Shown here one piece after another: positions 16,609 to 27,363 of a stretch of 64,000 bases of DNA. Both the position numbers and the translations under genes were made by a program. This DNA is from Alistipes sp. Lineage in GTDB: Bacteria > Bacteroidota > Bacteroidia > Bacteroidales > Rikenellaceae. The notes beneath the pieces were generated by a model. The model had not been told where the DNA came from and searched no databases. It was given only the letters and a program-made list of their open reading frames with translations. Where the stretch lies: contig JAGBUS010000099.1 of the NCBI GenBank assembly GCA_017630735.1, positions 19-64,018 on the forward strand. Direction: 5' to 3'. Each line of letters begins with the position of its first letter. The stretch's first letter is position 1.

Positions 16609-17559
16609 ATGGGGCGAAAAAAGAATATACATTGCGACTTAGTTTGGTATAAGCGTATAGTTTTTGAGATCCTATGGGACACATGCTATATCTTTGGTCT
16701 TATGCCACGATGGTTTCGCTATGGTATAATGCACTCATTCTTTACAGCTATTCTACGCTTGTTAGGTTATCGAAAGCGTGTTATCCTTGAAAATCTCCGT
16801 AAATCATTCCCTGAGAAGAGCGAGAGCGAGATAAAGCATATAATGCGCGAATATTATCGCACGCTCTCTGAAGTTATTGTCACAACAATATCTCTTGCCG
16901 CCGCTACACCTGAACGCTTTGGCGATGCTATAGAGTGGGTGGAGCCAGAGCAGCATATTGAGAAAAACAAGGGGCGCGACTGGATAGCTATGGCATCACA
17001 CTATGGATGCTGGGAGTACTACCCTCTGTGGTGCTGGCAAGATAAGTTAGGATACTTTATGGCGGTGTATCACCCATTGAAGAGCGATATATTCGAGCAC
17101 TTCTACCGCCGTTTGCGTAGCTTCGAGCCAAGTGTTGCCGTCGTGCCAATGAAAGAGACTGTTCGTCACTATATTAAGCATAGAAGTAGCGAGCACACCA
17201 CAGTCTTAGGTCTTATTTCCGATCAAAGTCCTCGACTCACGGCAGAGAGCCAATGGATAGACTTTCTAAACCAGAAAACGATATTCATCGAGGGTAGCGA
17301 ACGCTTAGCAATGAAGTTCAAGATACCAGTATATTTTGTAGTTACCGAACGAATTTGCTTGGGACGCTACAGAATTAGTTTTATCGAGATATATGATGGC
17401 AAGGAGCCGATAAAGGAGGGCGATATCACAAGACGTTATGCCGAAGAGTTGGAAAAGATGATACGCCGTACTCCAGAGCTGTGGATGTGGTCGCACAAAA
17501 GGTGGAAGCATACGCCTGAAAAACAGGCTGCAAAATTTGGAGCCTCCACACTTAAATAG
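16609..17559 (+). CDS. Lipid A late acyltransferase-like (LpxL/HtrB family)
   Basis: NL..SFPE, HYGCWE, DQSP, PELWMWSHKRWK; start revised to lie after TATCTTTG at 16568. Confidence 0.85.
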   Translation: MGRKKNIHCDLVWYKRIVFEILWDTCYIFGLMPRWFRYGIMHSFFTAILRLLGYRKRVILENLRKSFPEKSESEIKHIMREYYRTLSEVIVTTISLAAATPERFGDAIEWVEPEQHIEKNKGRDWIAMASHYGCWEYYPLWCWQDKLGYFMAVYHPLKSDIFEHFYRRLRSFEPSVAVVPMKETVRHYIKHRSSEHTTVLGLISDQSPRLTAESQWIDFLNQKTIFIEGSERLAMKFKIPVYFVVTERICLGRYRISFIEIYDGKEPIKEGDITRRYAEELEKMIRRTPELWMWSHKRWKHTPEKQAAKFGASTLK

Positions 17560-17614
17560 CATCCCAGAACGTTCTATGCATAGATAAAGTAAATGAAGAG
17601 AAAATTTTTGAGCT

Positions 17615-18493
17615 ATGGATATTGTTATAACCTACGTTGATGGTCTTGATCCCGTGTGGCAGAAGTCATACGAGCAGTACACCAATACACCTATTCTTGA
17701 GAAGCGTTTTCGCGATTGGGGTACGCTAAAGTATCTATTTCGTGGCATCGAGAAAAATATGCCATTCATACGCAAGGTACACCTCGTAGTATCTGGAGAG
17801 TCACAGGTTCCACAGTGGATAAACCGCAATGAGGTGGATGTTGTGCTACATAGCGATATCATACCTCAGGAATACCTCCCTACGTTCAATTGCAACCCTA
17901 TTGAGATGCATTTGCATCGTATTAAGGACCTTGACGAGGAGTTCCTATACTTCAATGACGACATGTTCCCAATGAAGGAGTGCAAGCCTACGGATTTCTT
18001 CCGTAATGGCAAGGGTGTAATACGAGTGAGCTACCATGTGCTTGCATTAGATATGTTCAAGCAGATATGTCGCAACTCGACACGTGCTGCTCGCGAGGCT
18101 CTTGGTCTTCGTCCTACATTCTACTTTATGCGTCCTCAACATATCTGCTCGCCAATGTTTAAGAGCGAGTGCGAGGAGCTATACAACAAGGTAGAGCCTG
18201 CAATACGTAAGTCCATATCAAGAGTACGCACTGGAGAGAACCTCAACCAATATCTCTTCCTTGATTATATGTATCTCAAGGGAAAGATTATCAATGAGCG
18301 AATCTCGAAGAAGCACTTCTCAGTAGGTGTTGTATCGGCAAATAAGCTACGTAAGTTCGTCACACGACCAACACATAAGATGGCTTGCATCAACGATGTG
18401 CAGCTAACCGAGGAGCGATATGTAGAGTTACGCAAGGTATTACTCGACTCATTTGATGAGCTATTGCCAAACAAATCAAAGTTCGAGATATAA
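17615..18493 (+). CDS. Stealth-family sugar-phosphate transferase
   Basis: DIVITYVDG, LFRGIEKNMPFIRKVHLV, FLYFNDDMF, CIND...P.KSKFE. Confidence 0.85.
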   Translation: MDIVITYVDGLDPVWQKSYEQYTNTPILEKRFRDWGTLKYLFRGIEKNMPFIRKVHLVVSGESQVPQWINRNEVDVVLHSDIIPQEYLPTFNCNPIEMHLHRIKDLDEEFLYFNDDMFPMKECKPTDFFRNGKGVIRVSYHVLALDMFKQICRNSTRAAREALGLRPTFYFMRPQHICSPMFKSECEELYNKVEPAIRKSISRVRTGENLNQYLFLDYMYLKGKIINERISKKHFSVGVVSANKLRKFVTRPTHKMACINDVQLTEERYVELRKVLLDSFDELLPNKSKFEI

Positions 18494-19434
18494 TGTCGCA
18501 GTACAAATACAACATATCTCTTATTAGTGCTATATATGGCGTAGAACGTTATATCGAGAAGTTCGCAGATAGTGTTCTTTCGCAGAGCTATGACAACATT
18601 GAGTTCATCTTCGTGAATGATGGCACAAAAGATTGCTCGATGGAGATACTTAACGATTTAATAGATCGTAAATATGCTCATCTTAAGGAGCATATAGTAA
18701 TCATTAATCAACAGAACATGGGACTTCCTGCAGCACGTCGTACAGGTATTACACGTGCTACGGGAGAGTATGTTCTTTTTGCTGATTCAGACGACTGGCT
18801 GGAGACTAATGCTGTAGAGAAAATCATGGCAAAAGCTCATGCGACGAATGCCGACATCGTATATTTCGACATAGTAAAGGAGTATGGTCATAAGCAGAGC
18901 ATCAAGCGTGAGCGAGAGTATACCGCAGCAACACGTGAATTGTGGATAGAAAATATATTTAACTACCGTTCACACGGCTACACCGTCACCAAATGCTTCC
19001 GCCGAAGTCTATATACGGATAATGTCGTTTATACCCCTAAATTGGGCATGCACGAGGATATATATCTTATGTCACAGATTATATATCACGCGCGTAGCAT
19101 CGTACACCTACCAGAGGTATTGTACCACTATCGTAAGGACAATGAGAATGCTATGTGCGCTGCAGACCGCAACAAACGCCATATAGCGTCATCACGCAAT
19201 CTTCTTGACCTCTATTACAACTATCGTGATAATCTCGATAATAGCCCAATAAAAGAGGTATACGGAGGCATTGTACTGCGAGCTGGCTGGCACGCACTAA
19301 TCCATAAGATAGATCTCTATAGCGAGTTCCCGTGGCTGAAAGAGGCAATAAAGGGCGCGCGTATATCAACACGCTATCGCACGCCGATACTATTTCAGAT
19401 TATAGTTAAGGTATATACAACCATATTTAAATAA
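18493..19434 (+). CDS. Glycosyltransferase family 2
   Basis: YGVERY, VNDGTKD, GL.AARR.G, FADSDD, ED motif. Confidence 0.9.
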   Translation: MSQYKYNISLISAIYGVERYIEKFADSVLSQSYDNIEFIFVNDGTKDCSMEILNDLIDRKYAHLKEHIVIINQQNMGLPAARRTGITRATGEYVLFADSDDWLETNAVEKIMAKAHATNADIVYFDIVKEYGHKQSIKREREYTAATRELWIENIFNYRSHGYTVTKCFRRSLYTDNVVYTPKLGMHEDIYLMSQIIYHARSIVHLPEVLYHYRKDNENAMCAADRNKRHIASSRNLLDLYYNYRDNLDNSPIKEVYGGIVLRAGWHALIHKIDLYSEFPWLKEAIKGARISTRYRTPILFQIIVKVYTTIFK

Positions 19435-19435
19435 C

Positions 19436-19462
19436 AAATGGTCACTTTTGAAGTGACCATTT
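19436..19462. terminator. Probable bidirectional terminator
   Basis: aaatggtcactt/aagtgaccattt palindrome between convergent genes. Confidence 0.7.
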
Positions 19463-19483
19463 ATTATTTGGATTTTTTCGCTG

Positions 19484-21085
19484 TTAGTAGACCAACTCAA
19501 GGTCATCTACAAGCATAAGACTCTGGGTAGAGCCTGTGAAGTAGTCACCAAAGCGTGATCCTGTAAAGACTATAATAATGTGTGTAGGCACAACAGATGT
19601 AGTGATATACTCCAAAGGTAAAGTAAACTCCACCCAACCATCTGTGCTCTCAGTAAGAATCATCTCACCTACGCCGATGACATTCTTGCCACTCTTATTA
19701 AAGAACGTGCTCTCATCCTTGGTATTAACAACAACAGGGCAATCTGTGCTACCGCCATACTCCTCAGCTGTCCAATTACCAACGGCAATCATTATCTGAC
19801 CCTCATCATTATCGCCTTTCTGCAACTCAGGGCGCGCCGTAGGAGTCTTGCCATACTCATCGATAACACCACAATTATACTTATACCAACCACGAAGAGC
19901 TACAGGGCGTGCAGTACATGGGCGACCAAAGTTAACAAGACCATCCATACCTACCAAGCCACCAAACTCTCCGAGGAAGAGGTTACCCGCAGCAAACTTA
20001 CCAAGACCCATGATTGCAGCCTTCTTAGACTGTAGAGACGCAGCATAGCTACCCTCAGAGCCTGGACGAACATCGCTAACTGGCACAGTAAGTGTAGTGC
20101 TTGCCAACGCTGCACCATCATTACCTGTGCCCCAGAATGGCACACCGCCCTCTGCATAAGGATAGACAACATTATTATTTGTTGACCACTCCTCAAGTCC
20201 TGAATTTGGCAATGCCCATACATCCTCTGTAGTTACCTTAACAACCTCCGTAAAGCTATCGTTAGAGAATGCAACAACCTCATACTCTGTAAGTGTATCA
20301 AGCTCGTCCACACAAGCCGAGAAGCTACCGCCATTATTCTTTACATCCTCAACAGCGATCCACTCCTCTGCACCTGCCTTACGATACTTAAATCCACGTT
20401 CTGCGCCGTCACGACCCTCAGCATAGAGCCATATACGCTTTGCCCACGCATCAACACCTTTGAACTCCACCTCAACATCAGTAGGTATTACACGCAAAGT
20501 CCAAATTTCCTCAATATCATCGTGATAGGTGATTGTTATGTTACGCGCTGTATCATCAAAATCAGTAAGTGTCAACGGATCTACAGAGTAGGTGGTAATA
20601 TCCTTTGGACCGAGCTTAATGTCTGTGATTACAACATTCTTAAGGTCATGGTCCATAGGAACATAAGCAGTAGCAATGTAGTGCTTAGAGTCAATCTCCG
20701 ACTCACCAATCTGTCCGTCAACCTTGAAATATCGTTCGATGTTCTGTGTAGCCAATATTGTCCACTCCCACGATTGATACTTGGTTAATTCGACATATAG
20801 CGGTGTACGAAGATCGAACGTACCAGGGAAATTAACAGATGAGCGCGCGCCATCAGTGAATTGAACATTTGTAATCTTAACATTACGAATGTCGGTAGTC
20901 TCTTCAAGCGACAACAACACCTTACGTGATGTGTTATCGATGGTTACTGGCGATGTTAAACCCTCTGCCTCCAACGACATAATATCAAGTTTCACCACAG
21001 GATATGGGACATCATTATTAATACATCCCACCATAGCAACAAGCATCATGATGCCCGAAGCCATATATACTAAACCCCTACGCAT
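19484..21085 (-). CDS. Lipoprotein with C-terminal PCMD (putative carbohydrate metabolism) domain
   Basis: Start revised to MRRGLV...VGC; PN...E.W, FWGTGN, FAAGNLFLG.F, GDYFTGS...VDDLELVY. Confidence 0.75.
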   Translation of the reverse strand: MRRGLVYMASGIMMLVAMVGCINNDVPYPVVKLDIMSLEAEGLTSPVTIDNTSRKVLLSLEETTDIRNVKITNVQFTDGARSSVNFPGTFDLRTPLYVELTKYQSWEWTILATQNIERYFKVDGQIGESEIDSKHYIATAYVPMDHDLKNVVITDIKLGPKDITTYSVDPLTLTDFDDTARNITITYHDDIEEIWTLRVIPTDVEVEFKGVDAWAKRIWLYAEGRDGAERGFKYRKAGAEEWIAVEDVKNNGGSFSACVDELDTLTEYEVVAFSNDSFTEVVKVTTEDVWALPNSGLEEWSTNNNVVYPYAEGGVPFWGTGNDGAALASTTLTVPVSDVRPGSEGSYAASLQSKKAAIMGLGKFAAGNLFLGEFGGLVGMDGLVNFGRPCTARPVALRGWYKYNCGVIDEYGKTPTARPELQKGDNDEGQIMIAVGNWTAEEYGGSTDCPVVVNTKDESTFFNKSGKNVIGVGEMILTESTDGWVEFTLPLEYITTSVVPTHIIIVFTGSRFGDYFTGSTQSLMLVDDLELVY

Positions 21086-21092
21086 AATATGG

Positions 21093-21938
21093 TTAATTCT
21101 TCTTTTTATTCCACAAATGAGCAACTACACCTATTTGTATATCAGCCACATTAAACTTGAACTTAAGTGCAGAGTGATCGCGACGACCAGTCTCCACACC
21201 TACAGCGTCGAATTGACGGATGTTATTATAGTATAGACCTCCAATACCTACAGTGACCGTAACACATACCTCTGGGAATACATACACCGCAAGACCTGGG
21301 TTGAAGTTAAGTCGAGCAGCAAAATTCTTATTTATAGACTGGCTACGATCATCGCCTGCACCTACATATAGCGACGTTGTTCCGGTCTTAACCTGCACCT
21401 CAGACTCAAGGATGGCACCAATAATACCACGACGGTCCAAACCGATATAGTTTCTGTGGAATAGCGACCATGCATAGCTCTCACTCTTAACTCCAATATC
21501 TGCAATTGAGAACGAAAGGTCTGCTGCTGAGCCAAGATTTAGTGCAACATTTCCTAAGTCACCCTGCAAGAACTCATAGCCGAAACGAAGACCTACAGAA
21601 CGGTTATCTTTATAGGCATAAGCGATATAAGGCATTACAGCTGCACGTCGTAGTCCCAAGTTAATGTCATCAAACACCAACATGAGATCGCTATCTGAAA
21701 CATCAAGTGTTCCATACGATGCAGCAATACCAAGCATAACCTCGCCCTTGTAGACAAACTTGTTAAGATCGATATTACGGTCAATACGTCGTGTTGTAGG
21801 TAAGAAATGACTCTTTTTTCTAGGCACACTTACAGTTTCCTTTGTCCCCCTCTGCAAAGTATCAGCAACGACTTGCTGAGCGTTGGCTGTCGTTAAACAA
21901 AACGTTACAGCCACAATAAATATAAATAATCTCTTCAT
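21093..21938 (-). CDS. Outer-membrane beta-barrel protein
   Basis: Signal peptide (ANA-Q), amphipathic beta strands, resembles 21951-22772. Confidence 0.65.
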   Translation of the reverse strand: MKRLFIFIVAVTFCLTTANAQQVVADTLQRGTKETVSVPRKKSHFLPTTRRIDRNIDLNKFVYKGEVMLGIAASYGTLDVSDSDLMLVFDDINLGLRRAAVMPYIAYAYKDNRSVGLRFGYEFLQGDLGNVALNLGSAADLSFSIADIGVKSESYAWSLFHRNYIGLDRRGIIGAILESEVQVKTGTTSLYVGAGDDRSQSINKNFAARLNFNPGLAVYVFPEVCVTVTVGIGGLYYNNIRQFDAVGVETGRRDHSALKFKFNVADIQIGVVAHLWNKKKN

Positions 21939-21950
21939 TATGCTGTAAGT

Positions 21951-22772
21951 TTATAAGTAGAACGACACTCCAAAACCGATAGAGAGAAGGTTAACCTTGA
22001 AGTTCATATTGCTCGATGTGGTCTTTCCTGTCTCAATCTGATTTTTAACCTGCTTAACACTCTCATAGCCAATGCCAAATACACCTATAGATAGCTCAAG
22101 AGCGGTGTTATTTGTAACAAAGGCAACAATACCTGGCTGCAATGCTATAGAGCCACCAAGCGATTCACTAAACGTGCCTCGATAACTTGGATAGTGCTCA
22201 ACCATACCCTCATCAGTAACAATCTTAGATTGTGAGCCAACGAAATTAAGCTGCACCTCAGCAAAGATAGCAAAACGATTACTCTGTCCAAGAGGAATAT
22301 ATGGTCGCCAAAATATAGTACCGGTATAAGAGTGTTTCAACTGATGACAATAATCAACATTGAGATTTATTCCAGTATCACCCTCACCAAAGGCAAGCGA
22401 CGCATTGTCTAATGCCAACATCGAACGACCATAGGCAAAACGTACACCGATAGCCATATTCTTCCATGGGGCATAGGCGATCATAGGACTCACCTTAACG
22501 GTGTATCCCTCCGAGTCAATATCATTGATTATTGCAAGCTGATATGAGTCGTTGTTATGCATTGAATATGAAGCTGTACCACCAAATATCCACTGACCCT
22601 TAGGTACGAAGTTCGTATTTGAGGTAAAGCCACGTTGTGCACGAGCCTCATTTGGGGTTAGAGCCTTTAAGCTTGGGGCACTCTCCGTTTGCTGTGCTAT
22701 ATTTTCTGGTTGCTGAGCCGCGACGGTTAGAGTCAAGGTCAGCATCATCAGAAGCGTATATAATTTCTTCAT
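21951..22772 (-). CDS. Outer-membrane beta-barrel protein
   Basis: Signal peptide, amphipathic strands, C-terminal GFGVSFYL. Confidence 0.7.
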   Translation of the reverse strand: MKKLYTLLMMLTLTLTVAAQQPENIAQQTESAPSLKALTPNEARAQRGFTSNTNFVPKGQWIFGGTASYSMHNNDSYQLAIINDIDSEGYTVKVSPMIAYAPWKNMAIGVRFAYGRSMLALDNASLAFGEGDTGINLNVDYCHQLKHSYTGTIFWRPYIPLGQSNRFAIFAEVQLNFVGSQSKIVTDEGMVEHYPSYRGTFSESLGGSIALQPGIVAFVTNNTALELSIGVFGIGYESVKQVKNQIETGKTTSSNMNFKVNLLSIGFGVSFYL

Positions 22773-22776
22773 GGAA

Positions 22777-22816
22777 CAAAAGATGGGGATAGGAATAGCA
22801 ATGCTATCCCTACCCC
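22777..22816 (-). terminator. Intra-operon hairpin (terminator or mRNA stabiliser)
   Basis: ggggtagggatagc/gctattcctatcccc then T-rich tract on the minus strand. Confidence 0.55.
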
Positions 22817-22823
22817 TATATTA

Positions 22824-24866
22824 CTAATAGTTAAGTACGATATCGTCTACGTACATCCACGAGTTTGTAGAGCCGCAGAAGTAGTCACCATAGCCTGAAG
22901 GTGTGAACGATACAACGAGCTTCTTAGGCTTCACGTTCTTCATATCCTCGCGGTAGGTAAGCTCAATTGTCTTCTCTGTCCACTCAGGATGCTGGTGAGA
23001 ACCTGTGATATAACCATAAGCGATAACGCCAGAAGTATTCTGTAGCTGATCAACCTTAAGGAATGTGCTCTCATCCTTTGTGTTTACAGTATATGTAGTA
23101 CCATCGGTGATGATAACCATAATGGTCATGATATCTGTACCCGACGCATGAGAACCCTGGTCGATAGTACCCTCGTTGTTCTTCAACCAGAATGACAGAC
23201 TCTTTGGCTTAGCAGTAAAGGCGAAGTCACGACCAAATGTTACCATACCATCCATACCGCTTAGAGCGAATGTACCTGTAAAGAGGTTACCAGCAGCAAA
23301 CTTACCAATACCCATCATAGATGCGTACTGTGACTTAAGGTATGCTGACTTAGTACCTGCAGAGCCTGGGCGGACATCAGATGATGACTGTGTAAGTATA
23401 GCACCTACCATGTTACCACCCTCGTTACCTGTGAGCCAGAATGGAGCATCACCCTCACCATAAGGGAGTACCCACGATGCAGTATGCCAACGCTCCATAT
23501 CGCCGTTAGGAATCTGAGCACCAGCAGCTGTAGTCAATGCAAGAGTCTTACCATACTCCACGCCATCAACAACGAGCTTATATGTATAGTTCTTAGCACA
23601 CGCGAACTCTGAGCTATTAGCTGTGTAGATACCACTACCCGCAGCAACTGCAGCAACCTCTGTCCAAGTTGTGCCATCTGTAGAGTAAGCAATCTTCACT
23701 GAAGATGCAGAAGCATTTACAACATTTGCCTTAAATGTAGCAGTACCAAACCACAAGCTGTAGTCCTCTGCAGACAATGGCATAATACCCTGAACATTGT
23801 AGCTGATGCTCTTCTTAAGCTTACCACCATCTACATCAGTAATGTTGAAAACAACCTCCTGTGCACCACCAGCGATAACATTGAAGAACTCAGGAGCAAT
23901 AGTCACCTTGTAGTTCATATCGTCGCTCTTAACAACGCTTACACCAGCTACTGAGCCTGCAAGAAGGTCGTATTCTGCGCCACCAAGAAGTACAGTCATC
24001 TTATTGATGTTTGCCAACGAAGCAATGTTGTAAGTACGTGAGTTGATTGAAAGCTGAGTCTCCTTCTCGTTGAAGCCGTCACCCATAACAGTTGGGTCTG
24101 GGCTGAAGATAAGAGTATCGTTGAACTCCTCGATAGACTCATCAACAGTAGCCTCAAATAGAAGACCACCAGGACCATCCTTAGAGTACTTCAAAGTAAT
24201 TGTATACTTTGCAGCAGGCTTAACATTCTCGATGATGGCCTCCTTCATGATATCACCCTCAGCAGGATGTGTACCCTCGAAGTGCCAGAACAAAGATGTC
24301 TGCTCAGCAGGAAGGACATAATAACCCTCCTTAGTCTCCTCATAACGGAGCGACTGAACATCACCAGTAGCGATTGCCTGCTCATCATAGTTATCAGCAA
24401 CAGCAACAGTTGTAAAATAACCCTCAGAGAGCACCTCAGCAACAGTTGCATCGTACTTAACAACTACGATAGTAGACTGAAGCTTACAATCCACAGTTAC
24501 AGGAGTTACCACGCCTGCCTCTACAGAGAAGTTCTGCTCACCAATATAATATTTCTCATCAAATGAAGCAATATGCTTCTCACCTACTGTCACCTTAGCA
24601 ACATAATCACCCTTAAGGAGTGAGAGATACTCAGGAACATCCTGAAGCGAGTCATAACGACGAACCAACTGCTTCTCCTCGCCCTCAACCTTATAGATTT
24701 TAACCAAAACATTCTCAGCGAGTGCTGCATCAGCCGAGATAGCAACGCCAAAACGCATTGCGCCCTCATTTGAAGACATCTCAACTGTAGAATCCATATC
24801 CTTAGAGCACGATGCCAACACAAACACGATGCTCAATAATGCAAATATCTTTTTCATAATAGACAT
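22824..24866 (-). CDS. DUF4493-like lipoprotein with C-terminal PCMD domain
   Basis: Lipobox LASC; YYIG...F.V.AG....V.C.L; PCMD motifs FWLTGN, FAAGNLFTG, GDYFCGS. Confidence 0.75.
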   Translation of the reverse strand: MSIMKKIFALLSIVFVLASCSKDMDSTVEMSSNEGAMRFGVAISADAALAENVLVKIYKVEGEEKQLVRRYDSLQDVPEYLSLLKGDYVAKVTVGEKHIASFDEKYYIGEQNFSVEAGVVTPVTVDCKLQSTIVVVKYDATVAEVLSEGYFTTVAVADNYDEQAIATGDVQSLRYEETKEGYYVLPAEQTSLFWHFEGTHPAEGDIMKEAIIENVKPAAKYTITLKYSKDGPGGLLFEATVDESIEEFNDTLIFSPDPTVMGDGFNEKETQLSINSRTYNIASLANINKMTVLLGGAEYDLLAGSVAGVSVVKSDDMNYKVTIAPEFFNVIAGGAQEVVFNITDVDGGKLKKSISYNVQGIMPLSAEDYSLWFGTATFKANVVNASASSVKIAYSTDGTTWTEVAAVAAGSGIYTANSSEFACAKNYTYKLVVDGVEYGKTLALTTAAGAQIPNGDMERWHTASWVLPYGEGDAPFWLTGNEGGNMVGAILTQSSSDVRPGSAGTKSAYLKSQYASMMGIGKFAAGNLFTGTFALSGMDGMVTFGRDFAFTAKPKSLSFWLKNNEGTIDQGSHASGTDIMTIMVIITDGTTYTVNTKDESTFLKVDQLQNTSGVIAYGYITGSHQHPEWTEKTIELTYREDMKNVKPKKLVVSFTPSGYGDYFCGSTNSWMYVDDIVLNY

Positions 24867-24896
24867 AATCTTATTTATACATTAATTATGCTACAA

Positions 24897-26537
24897 TTAG
24901 TTGAAGCGGAACATTACTGTCTTAGTGGTTGTATTACCATCCATATCTGTTACGCTCATCTCGAAGTCGTGCTCACCAGGACCAAGCATTGCAAGTACGC
25001 TCAAGAAGTTAGAGATTGAGAGGTTAACCTCGCTCTGACCATATACAGCATCACCTGTAGGGAAGCCCAAGCCACCAAGCTTCTCGAAGTAATGAGTATC
25101 GGTAACAAGGCTGAACTGGTTAGAGAGACCTACACTTGCAAGCTGATCTGCATTCAATGTCAAAGAGATAATCTTAACATTAAAGTCGGCGATTGTCAAA
25201 GGAGCCTTAACAATAAGGTCACATGTCATACCTGCAGCGTATGTCTGACGCTTGTCGATGTCGTAGCCTACCCAAACGATTGATGGAGCAACATTCTGAC
25301 CATACTTAACAGAGAGAGTAGTTGTTGTCTTACCTCCATTGATGTCTGTAACTGTAATCTCGTATGAGTGAGTACCCTCGTATGATGTAAGCATATCTGT
25401 CTGTGCACCGAACTTGATACGTGTAGATGTAGCACCCTTTGCATCAGTTGGATAACCCATCAACTTAAGGAATGTATTTGATACCGAACCGTCACAGATA
25501 TCAACCTCCAAAGGCATGATATCGTCGTATGCAGCAAGGAACTCATCGTTATCCGATGATGTCTTGATCACGATAGACTGAATAGCACTCTTTGCAGTGA
25601 TGTCGATGTTAATATTCTTTGTGAAGTTTCCATCAGCATCGAACATATCATCTGTAAGCTCGAATGGCTGATTAAGGTCGTGACCCTCGAAGTTGATAAC
25701 TGGGAGATCTGTATCATCAACCAAAACCTCCTCAAAGAGGTATGCTGTAGTATCGAACTCTACAGTCTCGTCGTATGTCCATGTATCACAAACAATACCG
25801 ATATTTGCAGAGCCATCTGCAGCATGCTGAACAACAACATTAATCTTACGCCACTGTGCAGCCTTAACACCTGTAATCTCGTTAGTCATGATAATATCCT
25901 TATCGCTATCTACATAACGACACTTGAATGTAAGCTGAAGAGTGTTCTCCTCTGCAACAGGTGCGAAGTAACCAGCACGCTCCTCCTCAAGGGCATACTC
26001 CAATGAGCTATCTGCAAGAGCTACGGTCATTGTTGTATACTCTGGATCAAGCTGAGCCTTGATATCAGCAGCATAAGCTACAGAAACCTTAATGTTACGA
26101 AGCTTACAAACAATATCATTTACCTCTGTTGTCTGCTTACGTGTGATGATAACCTCACGCTCAGCACCATACACAGGAGTCTCCCATGCTGCACCAGCCA
26201 TCGCAGTTGACGACATAGCGATTGTGTAAACGCCAGCCTCAAGCTCGATTGCATCTGTTGGACGAGCACCATACTTAAACGACTTTACAACCTCGTCAGA
26301 AGTGTTAGTGATAGTAACATCAAATGTATTGATATCAACACCACCAGCACGAGTCTCTGTATTCACATTCTCAGTATCCTCCAATACAGAAGCCTCCATA
26401 CCACCAAGTGCAAGATAACCTATATTGCTCTTAGCAGGATCCTCCTGACCGTTATACTTTGTATTATCCTTATTACAAGCACTGAATGCAACTGTTGCAA
26501 TTACAGCAATGCTTAAAAATCTAACAATTGATTTCAT
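24897..26537 (-). CDS. DUF4493-like lipoprotein
   Basis: Lipobox FSAC; ETRA motif; L.AG.Y, WETPVYG, C.L.N.KVSV, GYF. Confidence 0.7.
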   Translation of the reverse strand: MKSIVRFLSIAVIATVAFSACNKDNTKYNGQEDPAKSNIGYLALGGMEASVLEDTENVNTETRAGGVDINTFDVTITNTSDEVVKSFKYGARPTDAIELEAGVYTIAMSSTAMAGAAWETPVYGAEREVIITRKQTTEVNDIVCKLRNIKVSVAYAADIKAQLDPEYTTMTVALADSSLEYALEEERAGYFAPVAEENTLQLTFKCRYVDSDKDIIMTNEITGVKAAQWRKINVVVQHAADGSANIGIVCDTWTYDETVEFDTTAYLFEEVLVDDTDLPVINFEGHDLNQPFELTDDMFDADGNFTKNINIDITAKSAIQSIVIKTSSDNDEFLAAYDDIMPLEVDICDGSVSNTFLKLMGYPTDAKGATSTRIKFGAQTDMLTSYEGTHSYEITVTDINGGKTTTTLSVKYGQNVAPSIVWVGYDIDKRQTYAAGMTCDLIVKAPLTIADFNVKIISLTLNADQLASVGLSNQFSLVTDTHYFEKLGGLGFPTGDAVYGQSEVNLSISNFLSVLAMLGPGEHDFEMSVTDMDGNTTTKTVMFRFN

Positions 26538-26549
26538 ATCTTATTCTTA

Positions 26550-27320
26550 TTACTGTGCATTATCATTTAACTCCTGCTCGATGTCAATTGACTCAACAAC
26601 ATCATCGTTAATGGTAATCTCAAGGGTTGCACGACCTGCATCCTTAACATCAAACTTAATGGTATAATATCTCTGAGCCTGAGGATTCTCCATCTCGTAC
26701 TCTGGAAGAGTGATTGTTACGCCCTCAGCACCTGACTGATTAGCCTGCTTAACAGCAGTACCATTGATTGTAAATGTTTTTGGCTCGATGAACAAAGGCT
26801 CTGCCTGTGCAGTTACATCAAACTTATTACCACTGTTTGTGGTTAGCTCCAAAGAGTGACCACCAACGAAGTAGTTATTGAAAGCCTCTGTTGTCTCAAC
26901 CTTAACCAAAGTATTGGCAATGTAAGCAGTAATCTCTACCTCTGTCTTCTGACGAGCCTCAACAGCGAACTCCTTTACGCCAACAAAGGTAGCCTTGTCA
27001 TAACCCTCCTCGGCAACATCACCAGCGGTAACTGTAGCCTTGTATGTACCACCATAAAGATGATTCTCCTCGTTAAACTCAGCAATTGTTGCGTACTCCT
27101 CAACATAGGTGTGACTTACGCCCTCAATTTTGAGCTTAAAATCCCCAACTGCAGGTGTTGTGCAGCTGACATTGGCACGTGTTGTTACCTCCACATCACT
27201 CTTAACAGAGATGTCGAAATTAACACTGCCCTTCTCATTTACCTCGCCCTTAGACTCCTCATTGGTACAAGCGACCATTGAAAGTGCCACAAGCGATGCT
27301 AATGTGAAAAACTTTCTCAT
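26550..27320 (-). CDS. DUF4493-like lipoprotein
   Basis: Lipobox MVAC; TTRA motif; G.Y......G....EGYD...F.G...F.V; AN..V.V. Confidence 0.7.
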   Translation of the reverse strand: MRKFFTLASLVALSMVACTNEESKGEVNEKGSVNFDISVKSDVEVTTRANVSCTTPAVGDFKLKIEGVSHTYVEEYATIAEFNEENHLYGGTYKATVTAGDVAEEGYDKATFVGVKEFAVEARQKTEVEITAYIANTLVKVETTEAFNNYFVGGHSLELTTNSGNKFDVTAQAEPLFIEPKTFTINGTAVKQANQSGAEGVTITLPEYEMENPQAQRYYTIKFDVKDAGRATLEITINDDVVESIDIEQELNDNAQ

Positions 27321-27363
27321 AATTGTAAAAATTTAGTTTGTATTTGTTGTTGTTTTTAAGTAT

